This document shows, in pieces, positions 56,101 through 64,000 of a stretch of DNA of 64,000 nucleotides (positions are counted from its first letter, which is position 1; every line of letters begins with the position of its first letter). Position numbers and translations under genes: made by a program. The stretch comes from a virus, in the IMG/VR virus record IMGVR_UViG_3300050120_000213, positions 1-64,000 of that record; one strand, written 5' to 3'. The notes under the pieces are model-generated. The model saw nothing but the letters and a program-made list of their open reading frames with translations, had not been told where the DNA came from and did not search any database.

Positions 56101-57087
56101 CTAGTCAGCGAAACCGAAGGTCGGGATGCACTTTAAGATCAGTTGCCGAGCGATGTTACGTGCCCGAACCTGATAGTAATTGATCTCCAACTCAAACACC
56201 TTTTTCTGCGCCAGGATGGTTAGCTCGGACTGCGTTCGCTTCTCATCCTGCATCACTGGGGTGTTGCACAGACCCCAAACACTGGGGTTATCAAGACTGT
56301 TCTGAAACAGGTAGTCTTGAAAGTCCAAGGCGTTGTAGTTCCTTAAACCGTACAGCGTGATCTTAACCTTTTCACGTACTAACTGGGAATGCGTACCTGT
56401 GCGATCCCAAAATGGGGCTGCGCCGATTGCTCGTGTGCTATCAGGGGGAATATGCACCGAGGCATAGGGCGGTTCTAGGTTTTCTTGCACTAAAAATGAC
56501 GGATACATCGGCATGAACTTATTCAGTGCCAGCCAAATCGGCAAGCTATTACTCACCACCACATTGGTGGCATCAAAATCTTCTAGGCAATCGACCAGTT
56601 GGGAAGCCAGCGCGGGGTAAACAGCGTCCCCTGTGTAGTGGAACAGGCCCGCTTGCTGGTAGAACGACTCACGGCGATTGAAGGCAAAACGTAGCCCTTC
56701 AAACTCACCGATATACATCACGCAGGGGCCTACCTTATTGAAGTCTTGTACCTCGCTTTCAGCGGTAAAGGTCACGCTTCTTACGGCGATGCTCTCATCC
56801 TCATTCTGCTTGACTTGAGTGGCGTAGTGCAGCGACCCAGGCACGCAGATAACTGGCGCGGGGGGCGGGCCACCCCCATCCGGCACAGAGTAGGAATACG
56901 CGCCACCCAGCGCCATGTCACTCACTAAGTCCGAGCGCACCCAGAATACATAGCGGTCTAGCGGTAGAATCAGCTTCACATACAACGTGAATGTGATTTG
57001 TTGGCTAGCAGAAAGCGTATCCAGCCCCTCTTTTAGCGGGCCTTGGAGAGGGTTGGCACTATTGATACTTTCTGCTATGGAGGGCAT
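56101..57087 (-). CDS. Head-closure/tail-completion protein
   Basis: Synteny between neck and sheath genes. Confidence 0.5.
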   Translation of the reverse strand: MPSIAESINSANPLQGPLKEGLDTLSASQQITFTLYVKLILPLDRYVFWVRSDLVSDMALGGAYSYSVPDGGGPPPAPVICVPGSLHYATQVKQNEDESIAVRSVTFTAESEVQDFNKVGPCVMYIGEFEGLRFAFNRRESFYQQAGLFHYTGDAVYPALASQLVDCLEDFDATNVVVSNSLPIWLALNKFMPMYPSFLVQENLEPPYASVHIPPDSTRAIGAAPFWDRTGTHSQLVREKVKITLYGLRNYNALDFQDYLFQNSLDNPSVWGLCNTPVMQDEKRTQSELTILAQKKVFELEINYYQVRARNIARQLILKCIPTFGFAD

Positions 57088-57115
57088 GTTAGCTCACTGC
57101 AATTGATTGCAAAAT

Positions 57116-57616
57116 TTAGTCGTCTTCAATCCACGCTTTCATGGAATTCTGATATAGCCCTGTATCGATAAAAGACGGACGTGGCGAGCCACGACTGATC
57201 TTGAGGCGGTGATTGACCCCCCGCTGGGCGGCCTTGGTTGGGACGCCTGCCACCCCAGCAGCCTCGACTTCGTTCTCATCTAGGAAGGTGCGGAATTCCT
57301 GCTGCAAATTTTCCATTGCAGACTCAAGCGGGAAAGCGGTAGGGGGAGCGCCCAAACTGAGATTAACAATCGCCCCCGAGATCGCCTTCTCAAACTCCAT
57401 GGTAATCACCGGCATCTGTTGCTCTACGAAGGTATCCATGATGTGGTACTCATCTTCGAGCCACTCTGCTACATCCCCGGTGGTTACTTGCTTGTCACTG
57501 CCAAAACTTTTGGCCTTGTGGGGCTTGTTACGCTTTCCAGGCTTAGCATGGGAAACTTTCTGCGTAGGTGTGTCGTGAGCGTAGGGCAGTACCACCACCC
57601 CCAGAACGAGCTTCAT
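57116..57616 (-). CDS. Neck/tail-completion protein
   Basis: C-terminal RPSFIDTGLY-x2-S motif. Confidence 0.6.
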   Translation of the reverse strand: MKLVLGVVVLPYAHDTPTQKVSHAKPGKRNKPHKAKSFGSDKQVTTGDVAEWLEDEYHIMDTFVEQQMPVITMEFEKAISGAIVNLSLGAPPTAFPLESAMENLQQEFRTFLDENEVEAAGVAGVPTKAAQRGVNHRLKISRGSPRPSFIDTGLYQNSMKAWIEDD

Positions 57617-58068
57617 TACGAGAGACCCCAGACCGCGCCAAACTTTTGCGCTATCGATAGGTACGTCCGCCCGTAGGGGGTCTTCAGCAATTGCAGGTCG
57701 AACAGCGTCAAGTCGCCCAGCGAATCGGGTACTTTAAGTGAGGTGGAAGTCGATACGTCTGCCGTAGAGGCCACCACCCCTGAGACGAACCCGGTGATGT
57801 TGAACTTCTTACGTAGATCTTCAAAATAGGTGCTACACATCTGGTCATTAGCCCAGTTGATCAGGTAGTCACCCGCGAAGTTATACACCGCGAGGTTGTA
57901 ATACGTGAGGCTGTGGATCTTGATTAACGGGTTCACCGTGTCCAGCGCTATGCAAAATGCCGTGGTGATATCGGGGGACGTCAAAGGCAAAGCTGCTACC
58001 GGTACCCCCATCACACTCTGGATGAAGTACTCAAAGTCTGTAATGTTGGCAAAGGTAGCAGGGTACAT
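57616..58068 (-). CDS. Head-tail adaptor protein
   Basis: V-x-STAD-x-S-x-S and TPYGR-x-YL motifs. Confidence 0.65.
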   Translation of the reverse strand: MYPATFANITDFEYFIQSVMGVPVAALPLTSPDITTAFCIALDTVNPLIKIHSLTYYNLAVYNFAGDYLINWANDQMCSTYFEDLRKKFNITGFVSGVVASTADVSTSTSLKVPDSLGDLTLFDLQLLKTPYGRTYLSIAQKFGAVWGLS

Positions 58069-58077
58069 GATGAGCCT

Positions 58078-58599
58078 TTAAGCGTTAGCCGCACGTTCGG
58101 CACCGCGAGCAGCGGCCTTGCTACCGGGCTTAGCCACTTGGATGGTTTCAACCATCTTGGGATCATTGTTGCCCACCTTTTGCTGCTCTTGGATTTCAAC
58201 TTCCATGCCCTGCAGCTTGCTTTCCGAACCCATCAGATTGTTGTCGATCTTGTCGCTCAAGCTGGCCGCCTGATACTTGCGTAGTTCATGGCCGCGTAGT
58301 TCCAGTGCTTCGTCGTTATGCTGGATCGCGTTCATCATCTTTTCGACGTTGATTGGGGTATCGAAGCTATAGCACAGACCGAAAAAACCTTTGGTGCGGT
58401 CGATCTCGCTAACGGGGATCAACCCATACTTGAGGTGCTGGTCAACAATCGCCTCCAGAATCTCGCGGCTGGTGTCTTTGTACACCTGATTTTGCCCACC
58501 CACGGCAATCGTGGTTTTGAACAGTTGCTGCACTTCCGGCACGCGAAAGATGAAATCTTGGACAAACTTAGAGCAGTTCGCAATATACAGCTTGGTCAT
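58078..58599 (-). CDS. Hypothetical virion-associated protein
   Basis: Follows the capsid gene. Confidence 0.6.
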   Translation of the reverse strand: MTKLYIANCSKFVQDFIFRVPEVQQLFKTTIAVGGQNQVYKDTSREILEAIVDQHLKYGLIPVSEIDRTKGFFGLCYSFDTPINVEKMMNAIQHNDEALELRGHELRKYQAASLSDKIDNNLMGSESKLQGMEVEIQEQQKVGNNDPKMVETIQVAKPGSKAAARGAERAANA

Positions 58600-58640
58600 G
58601 TTATGTACTCCGTTGTTTATAAAGGTGCGGTTTTAAATGC

Positions 58641-58674
58641 AAAAGCCCGACGCCCATAACGGGAACCGGGCTTT
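58641..58674 (-). terminator. Intrinsic terminator after major capsid gene
   Basis: AAAGCCCG...CGGGCTTTT. Confidence 0.6.
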
Positions 58675-58700
58675 CACATTGTACAGCTACTTTTGGTAGC

Positions 58701-59720
58701 TTAGAACGGTGCGCTGATAATGGTCAGAGCTTCAGGGCGAAGCGTCCAACCGCTGGTGATGCGCAGTTCCGACAACACATCAATCGCGCCACCCGGCAAC
58801 GGCGTGGGAATCTCACGCGGGGCTGCCATGTCGCACAACTGGATGTTACAGCCTTCGAATCCCGGTGCCAAACGAGCGAACTCGTTGGTGTTGATCGGGC
58901 TGCCAACTGGCTTCTTTACTTCCGGTGCGGTCATGATGATAGCGTCCGTACCGCCAGCACCTTGGCCGATCAGGGTGTCGTCTGCTACCCAGATAACCTT
59001 GTCACCCTGATTAGCTGCGACAGCGCTCACCACGCCAGCGGTCACGTCAGTACCTGCACCCACGCGTTGGTATTGCACCAACTGTACGATACCGACATAC
59101 GACATCTGAGCAATGACCCGTTGCGGGGCAAGAATCGTGATCGCGGTCGGCTGACCGATTTGCAGCGTGCGGGTCTTCAATGCGCCAAGTTGGGTCAAGA
59201 AGAAAATCGCAAGCTGGCCGTTGTCGTACGTGCTGATCGATACATCGCCGTTGCTGTCTGCCGGGAGCGTAACTGCGGTTGCCCCTTGGGTATTCAGCAA
59301 ACCTTCGCCGTTGGCGGCATTGAAGCCGTACAACAGCGCGGTACGCATTTGCTGGAAAATACCCTGACGCACGCCGAGGCGTTGTGCGTCTACCAGCGAA
59401 GCGCCCCACTGACCGAAGGCAGCGATGTCGTGGTGATCGTACTCAGCGCGCACGCGCACCAAGTAGGTCGCCGTGCTGATCATGCGCGGCGTGATCGAGA
59501 CGGACGGCAGTTGGTTGTATGCGCTTTGACCCGAAGCCGTGGCCGTGCGAATGTCGAATGCCTTGACATAAGCAACCAAGTCCCCTTGTCCGAGGCGCGT
59601 CAACGGCTCGCCGCCCTGCAGGGTTTCGAATGCTCCCGAAGCCTGCTGATACTGCAGGATAACTTCGGGCATGACATACGACGGGTGAAGCTGGACGTAT
59701 GAGGGGGTTACACCGGCCAT
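58701..59720 (-). CDS. Major capsid protein
   Basis: 339 aa, LYG...GLLN, terminal G-x3-RPEA; biased codons; synteny. Confidence 0.8.
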   Translation of the reverse strand: MAGVTPSYVQLHPSYVMPEVILQYQQASGAFETLQGGEPLTRLGQGDLVAYVKAFDIRTATASGQSAYNQLPSVSITPRMISTATYLVRVRAEYDHHDIAAFGQWGASLVDAQRLGVRQGIFQQMRTALLYGFNAANGEGLLNTQGATAVTLPADSNGDVSISTYDNGQLAIFFLTQLGALKTRTLQIGQPTAITILAPQRVIAQMSYVGIVQLVQYQRVGAGTDVTAGVVSAVAANQGDKVIWVADDTLIGQGAGGTDAIIMTAPEVKKPVGSPINTNEFARLAPGFEGCNIQLCDMAAPREIPTPLPGGAIDVLSELRITSGWTLRPEALTIISAPF

Positions 59721-59732
59721 GGTAAGGCTCCT

Positions 59733-60611
59733 TTAGATCAATGCGATGGCCGTGGAGCCATTGTTAGTCCAGTGGACCAGATTATTCACCGCATCGTAGG
59801 TCACGATTTTGCTGTTGCCGATGTTCAGCTTCAGGATCTTGACCGACAGTGCACCCGTGCCGTAATTCAGGAGCAACGTGCCACCCAGCGCACCCGTAGC
59901 GATAGCACCCGAAGCTGCCGTCACTTGGAACGAGAAGTGTTGGTTGTCAGTGAACGCCGTAACGATCTGGTTACCGTTCACAAGGCTCGCGCCCGTGCCG
60001 GTCACACCGCTGATGTTGATCGCGTCACCGACTGCGCCGACCGGGGTAGCGACCGCGCCAACCACCGCGAAGGTGTACACGCCGTTGGCAAACGACGAGG
60101 TGATCGACGTAAGCGAGTAGGTCGCGGTAGCTGCATCGAACGGTTGCAGGCGCTGGTTGTTGAAGTCCCACGAAACTTGCTGGGTGATCAAGCCACCATC
60201 CAGCGTGACCATCGACGGATCGATTGCCAGCGCGATGCGCGCACCGGAACCCAGGCGGTAGAACGGCACGGTGGTGCCGACACCAGCACTCGGGCATTCC
60301 GACTGCGGGCTGGTAACCCACGCGGTAGCCTGATTGAGCACCGAGAACCCGGTAAGGTTCGTCAGCGAGGTAGCGCGACCGATGTTGCTGCCGACCGAAC
60401 TGTTTTGCGTCGAAGTCGGGATATTTTCGAAGATACCCACGCCACCCCACATCGGGAGTGATTCGGTCGCAGCTAGCGGGCCACCCGACAGGGCAAACCG
60501 GATTGCCGGATCGTCAAGGGCGACGCCCTGTACGTAACCGTCCGATTGGATCGAGAACGAACCAGCGGCGTTCGTGGTCGCAAACGGTTGGAAAGAGATA
60601 TTCGCGGCCAT
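59733..60611 (-). CDS. Capsid decoration/cement protein with inserted beta module
   Basis: Between scaffold and capsid genes. Confidence 0.6.
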   Translation of the reverse strand: MAANISFQPFATTNAAGSFSIQSDGYVQGVALDDPAIRFALSGGPLAATESLPMWGGVGIFENIPTSTQNSSVGSNIGRATSLTNLTGFSVLNQATAWVTSPQSECPSAGVGTTVPFYRLGSGARIALAIDPSMVTLDGGLITQQVSWDFNNQRLQPFDAATATYSLTSITSSFANGVYTFAVVGAVATPVGAVGDAINISGVTGTGASLVNGNQIVTAFTDNQHFSFQVTAASGAIATGALGGTLLLNYGTGALSVKILKLNIGNSKIVTYDAVNNLVHWTNNGSTAIALI

Positions 60612-60612
60612 T

Positions 60613-61494
60613 TTAGTTGAACTCCTTGTTGATACGAACTTGCAGTTGAGCAGGCGACTTGAACTGGTCCATCCACGCGCTCGGGGAACCTACGAACTCG
60701 CTGATACGGCGGCCCGTGCGGTCATGCTTGACGATCTCGCGCAGCGTGCCTGGGGCAATGTCTGCCGGGTGAGCGGCGACGCGTTCTGCGTCAGCGTAGA
60801 TTGCCTTTTCGGCCACATCGAGCATCGAGTCAGGCACGACGGACAGATCGCGGTCTTTCCAGTCCGAGCTATGCGGCTTGAACTTGGCGGCCAAACGGCG
60901 GCGGTAATTCACCGGGGTTTCACCAGCCAGGGGGCCGGGAGCGCGGTCACCGAACGCATTTGCGACACCATCGGCACGGGCTTGAATTTCAGCCAGCGCC
61001 ACGCGGTCAGCGTCCGAGATGTGCACAGCGCCGGTCAGCGCGGCGAGGCGGTCTTGCATGTCCTTGAATTCAAGGTCACGCTTGGCCGAATCGGCTTTGG
61101 CTTCAGCTTCCGCATCGGCACGCATTTTGTCGGCCTTGGCTTTTTCTTCAGCTTCTGCGTCGGCCTTGGCCTTATCGGCAGCGGTTTCAGCGGGCTTTGC
61201 AGCAGCTTCGGCTTCAGCATCGGCACGAGCTTTATCAGCTTTTGCCTTTTCTTCAGCTTCAGCGTCAGCGCGGGCCTTGTCAGCCTTAGCCTTTTCTTCC
61301 TTCTCTTTTTCTTCGGCATCGGCGCGCATTTTGTCAGCGCGTGCCGCATCGTTCTTGAACACGTCCATCACCGCGTCACACTTGGCGGAGAGATTCTTTG
61401 CCCACGCAGGTTCTGCATCAGCGCGAGCCGCATCGGCCTTTGCCTTTTCAGCAGCTTCCGTATCAGCTTTGGCCTTCAACTCTGCTTCAGTCAT
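60613..61494 (-). CDS. Capsid scaffolding protein
   Basis: Repeated KAKADKARADAEAEE helices; follows the protease. Confidence 0.7.
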   Translation of the reverse strand: MTEAELKAKADTEAAEKAKADAARADAEPAWAKNLSAKCDAVMDVFKNDAARADKMRADAEEKEKEEKAKADKARADAEAEEKAKADKARADAEAEAAAKPAETAADKAKADAEAEEKAKADKMRADAEAEAKADSAKRDLEFKDMQDRLAALTGAVHISDADRVALAEIQARADGVANAFGDRAPGPLAGETPVNYRRRLAAKFKPHSSDWKDRDLSVVPDSMLDVAEKAIYADAERVAAHPADIAPGTLREIVKHDRTGRRISEFVGSPSAWMDQFKSPAQLQVRINKEFN

Positions 61495-61521
61495 TTCAAC
61501 TACTCCTTGGTGGTTTCAGAA

Positions 61522-62871
61522 TCAGGCTTGGGTTGCGGTGGCGGATTCAGAAATAATTCCGTATGGATCGCCACCCTTATCCCACACCCCTTGCTCACAA
61601 ATCGCCAGATGGTCAAGCAGGCTGGGTTCGCCTTCAATTAACAGTACCGAACCATCATTGAGTGCAATAGTACTATTTACCGTTCTATCGTGGAACACCA
61701 CAGAAGGTGAAGTTGACATATTTTCGTTATCGAGAATTGTCACCGTGTCTTCGTCATAGATCTTGGCGATACCCCATACCTCTTTTCCCAGGATAAACGG
61801 GCAAACCATCATACCTACCAGTCTTTCACTGAACTCAATCGAGTTCAAAACTTTCTTCTCGGGGTGTTGAAAAATCACCGCTAGACCTTGGCACCGGTCC
61901 AGAAAATCTTGATTCAGGTAGCTCTCTGGCCGACGAAAAACGTACTCGTCTTTGATTTCCACCTGAGTAACCTTGCCGTCCTTATCCTTTTTCTCGGGCT
62001 GGCCACGTCGAAAAGCCTTACCAGTGCCAGTGATACGCATCTTGTACATCGACACGTTGGCATATTTCTGTGGCGACGGCAGTGAACCATTCGTCATGGC
62101 CCGTGCGATGTGTAACTCGTTCATCTTGGTCAGACGCAAGGCCGTGACTTCTGGGGAATTGATCACTTCGAGCAGGCCGGGGATTACCGGGCCGCCCATC
62201 AACTCACCCATCGACAACCATTGATAGCTGACGTGTTCTTCATTCAGCACCACTTCGAACGGTTTGCACACGTTGACGAAGTAGGTGAACTCTGTGCCGT
62301 CCACCAGCGTCTGTGCAATCAATTGCAATCGGCCTTCGACTTCATGGCCGGTTTCTTCCAGCACCTCACGGATGGCGGTAAATTCCAGCGTCTCACCTTC
62401 CTCGTGATGGCCGCCAAAAATTCCCCAGTGGCCCTGGTATTCGCCTTGTTCCGCCCGCAGGCCCACTAGCACCTTGCCCCCGCTGGTAATAAACAAGATG
62501 CCCGCCGCCTGCTTCTTTACTGCCTCGTCATCTTTCTTGATGATGGGGGTGGGGTCGGCAGAAAACTCCACGTCATCAGCGCGGGTTTCCGCTGAATCAG
62601 CTTTTACGTCTGGTTCAAACAGGCATTCAGTTTCTTGGATGGTTTGAATCCCCAGCGACTGCAAAAACACGAGTAAGGGCCACCGACCTTCCCCGACGCA
62701 GTATTCCTCTAACGACTGGGCGGTGTCACCGTGAGTTTCCAGAAAGCGGTCTCGCGCTGCAATCACTTGCAGTGCGGAACCCGAACCCAAATTGGCGTGC
62801 GCAATGGCCCGCTTGGCGTATTCAGCCGGGGTGAGCTTCGAGGTTTCCATAATCTGTTCGGCGGTGCTCAT
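61522..62871 (-). CDS. NUDIX hydrolase fused to a DUF2213-like prohead protease
   Basis: Nudix box GGHHEEGETLEFTAIREVLEETG; C-terminal QHP...STSP...DHLAIC-x2-G. Confidence 0.75.
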   Translation of the reverse strand: MSTAEQIMETSKLTPAEYAKRAIAHANLGSGSALQVIAARDRFLETHGDTAQSLEEYCVGEGRWPLLVFLQSLGIQTIQETECLFEPDVKADSAETRADDVEFSADPTPIIKKDDEAVKKQAAGILFITSGGKVLVGLRAEQGEYQGHWGIFGGHHEEGETLEFTAIREVLEETGHEVEGRLQLIAQTLVDGTEFTYFVNVCKPFEVVLNEEHVSYQWLSMGELMGGPVIPGLLEVINSPEVTALRLTKMNELHIARAMTNGSLPSPQKYANVSMYKMRITGTGKAFRRGQPEKKDKDGKVTQVEIKDEYVFRRPESYLNQDFLDRCQGLAVIFQHPEKKVLNSIEFSERLVGMMVCPFILGKEVWGIAKIYDEDTVTILDNENMSTSPSVVFHDRTVNSTIALNDGSVLLIEGEPSLLDHLAICEQGVWDKGGDPYGIISESATATQA

Positions 62872-63674
62872 GCTGTGGCCTTTGCAAGTGCGTTGCGACC
62901 TTTCTCGGTCAACAGTTCGGTCGGCACATCTGTGATGTTGTACACGTACCTATAGTTGCAGCTACAAAACGGTTCCTCGGCGGGTTGGGTGATATCATCG
63001 GTATAACCATCGGGGCCGACTTTCATCAAGCCCTTTTCCATCGCCCAGTTGCCCTTGATTACATAGAACTTCAAATCACGTTCTTTGTGGTCCTCCCGGT
63101 AGTTATACCCGGGCCGCCGCCAATGGCTATGCCACACCGCACCTAATGCGGCGCGATCTGTAGCGATGATGCTATTCAGCGACGAAAGAAACTTGTGGCC
63201 CTGGTCAATTGCGACCCGGCGTTCTTCAAACGGTAGTTGCGCCAGCGACTTACGGATGTTGGTTTTCACCTCCACCTTTTCCACTACGTCGCTACCACCA
63301 GCAGGAATACTGGTGCTCCAGCCCGCAAAGCGCTGCAGGGTTTTCTGTATCGCCGCTTCACGATTGAGTTTGATCAAGTTGGCGTTCGCCATGATGCGCC
63401 GATCTAACTCGTTACGTAGCTTGGGCCGCAACATATCCAGCGTGTAGCGGGCCACCCCAGGGTGGTGCTCCAAGATGTTGCCTTTGACCACCATGCGTTG
63501 ATAGACCGCACGTAGGTTATTCGCCACATCCTTTTCTACCTGGGGGAGTGGAATCAACGACGCCAGTGCCGCTTGGCGCATATTCGACAACCACTTATCA
63601 ACCCGGGCTTGCGAATCGTAGCCATGCAGGGAAATATCTTTTACCGCAGCGGTAACCGTCTCGTAGAAATTCAT
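62868..63674 (-). CDS. Head morphogenesis protein (Mu gpF/SPP1 gp7-like)
   Basis: IDQ-x2-K, W...R-x2-H, P-x-EEPFC-x-C. Confidence 0.75.
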   Translation of the reverse strand: MNFYETVTAAVKDISLHGYDSQARVDKWLSNMRQAALASLIPLPQVEKDVANNLRAVYQRMVVKGNILEHHPGVARYTLDMLRPKLRNELDRRIMANANLIKLNREAAIQKTLQRFAGWSTSIPAGGSDVVEKVEVKTNIRKSLAQLPFEERRVAIDQGHKFLSSLNSIIATDRAALGAVWHSHWRRPGYNYREDHKERDLKFYVIKGNWAMEKGLMKVGPDGYTDDITQPAEEPFCSCNYRYVYNITDVPTELLTEKGRNALAKATA

Positions 63675-64000
63675 TACTTAAACGCCATTTTTACACCGGG
63701 TTTAACCGGCACCACCCCGGCGCTGCCTTCTGGGGCCAATATTGGGGCGGGCATCGTATTCACGGAATCCGACCGGCTCAACTGATCAAGTGGCTTAGGT
63801 TCCGCTGTAGGCTCTGGCGGAACGTAATTGCGTAAAGCCTCTATATCCAGACTCATCTCATGCTTGAACAACAGTTTCTGTTCGTTAAAGTTGTCCTGAA
63901 TCCACTGCACCATGGATGCCTTGTTGTCCGGGTCGAGTACCGGGAGCATTACTTCGGCTGCAGTTACAATAGCCTTGATTCTGGCCTCGTCTACCTTAAC
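63674..64000 (-). CDS. Probable portal protein, C-terminal end (truncated by window)
   Basis: Frame open to the window edge; position upstream of the gpF-like gene. Confidence 0.5.
   Translation of the reverse strand, partial: VKVDEARIKAIVTAAEVMLPVLDPDNKASMVQWIQDNFNEQKLLFKHEMSLDIEALRNYVPPEPTAEPKPLDQLSRSDSVNTMPAPILAPEGSAGVVPVKPGVKMAFK

Larger units (their letters stand above)
141..62327. repeat. Dispersed 14-bp near-palindrome TGCAAT(CA/TG)ATTGCA, 24 exact copies plus variants
   Basis: Starts at 2112, 4878, 7537, 9393, 11875, 13760, 15786, 16862, 19919, 22124, 23568, 24701, 30452, 33998, 36722, 39885, 41852, 42978, 47486, 47878, 49149, 53040, 57098, 62314; 13/14 variants at 140 and 62758. 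Confidence 0.92.

Noticed and set aside
60613-61494. Repeats in the scaffold gene as a DNA-level array
   Set aside because: In-frame KAKADKARADAEAEE coiled-coil repeats with synonymous variation, explained at protein level.
429-63785. Long plus-strand ORFs (e.g. 2785..3780, 22518..23576, 58962..59702, 60574..61641)
   Set aside because: Antisense shadows of codon-biased minus-strand genes, with no motifs, RBS or promoters of their own.

Overview
64 kb of a tailed dsDNA phage genome, myovirus-like (sheath, tube and baseplate), probably infecting a Gram-negative proteobacterium. Every credible gene is on the minus strand. In transcription order (right to left): portal end, head, neck, tail and baseplate genes (64.0-43.9 kb); lysis (43.9-42.5 kb); replication and recombination (AAA ATPase, initiator, loader, DnaB-like helicase, primase, SSB, SF2 helicase, RecA, Cas4-like nuclease, RuvC; 42-24 kb); a sugar-modification cluster interleaved with HNH genes (22-15.8 kb); and small early/accessory genes behind strong sigma70-type promoters (15-0 kb). 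The standout is a candidate RNA-guided module at 9.7-11.9 kb. A RAMP/Cas7-like gene and a partner gene sit between two non-coding arrays of GGY-NN pentamers, which GGCA punctuates into 10 complete 44-59 nt units, and the last array ends at an intrinsic terminator. This matches my recollection of the recently reported VIPR systems (not verified here). Other notable signals: a 14-bp near-palindrome TGCAAT(CA/TG)ATTGCA with 24 exact copies plus variants across the window, inside and between genes; a circularly permuted tRNA-like RNA at about 50-222; several structured intergenic RNAs; and a probable -1 frameshift in the tail chaperone. All functional calls come from motifs recognised by eye, with no database search.
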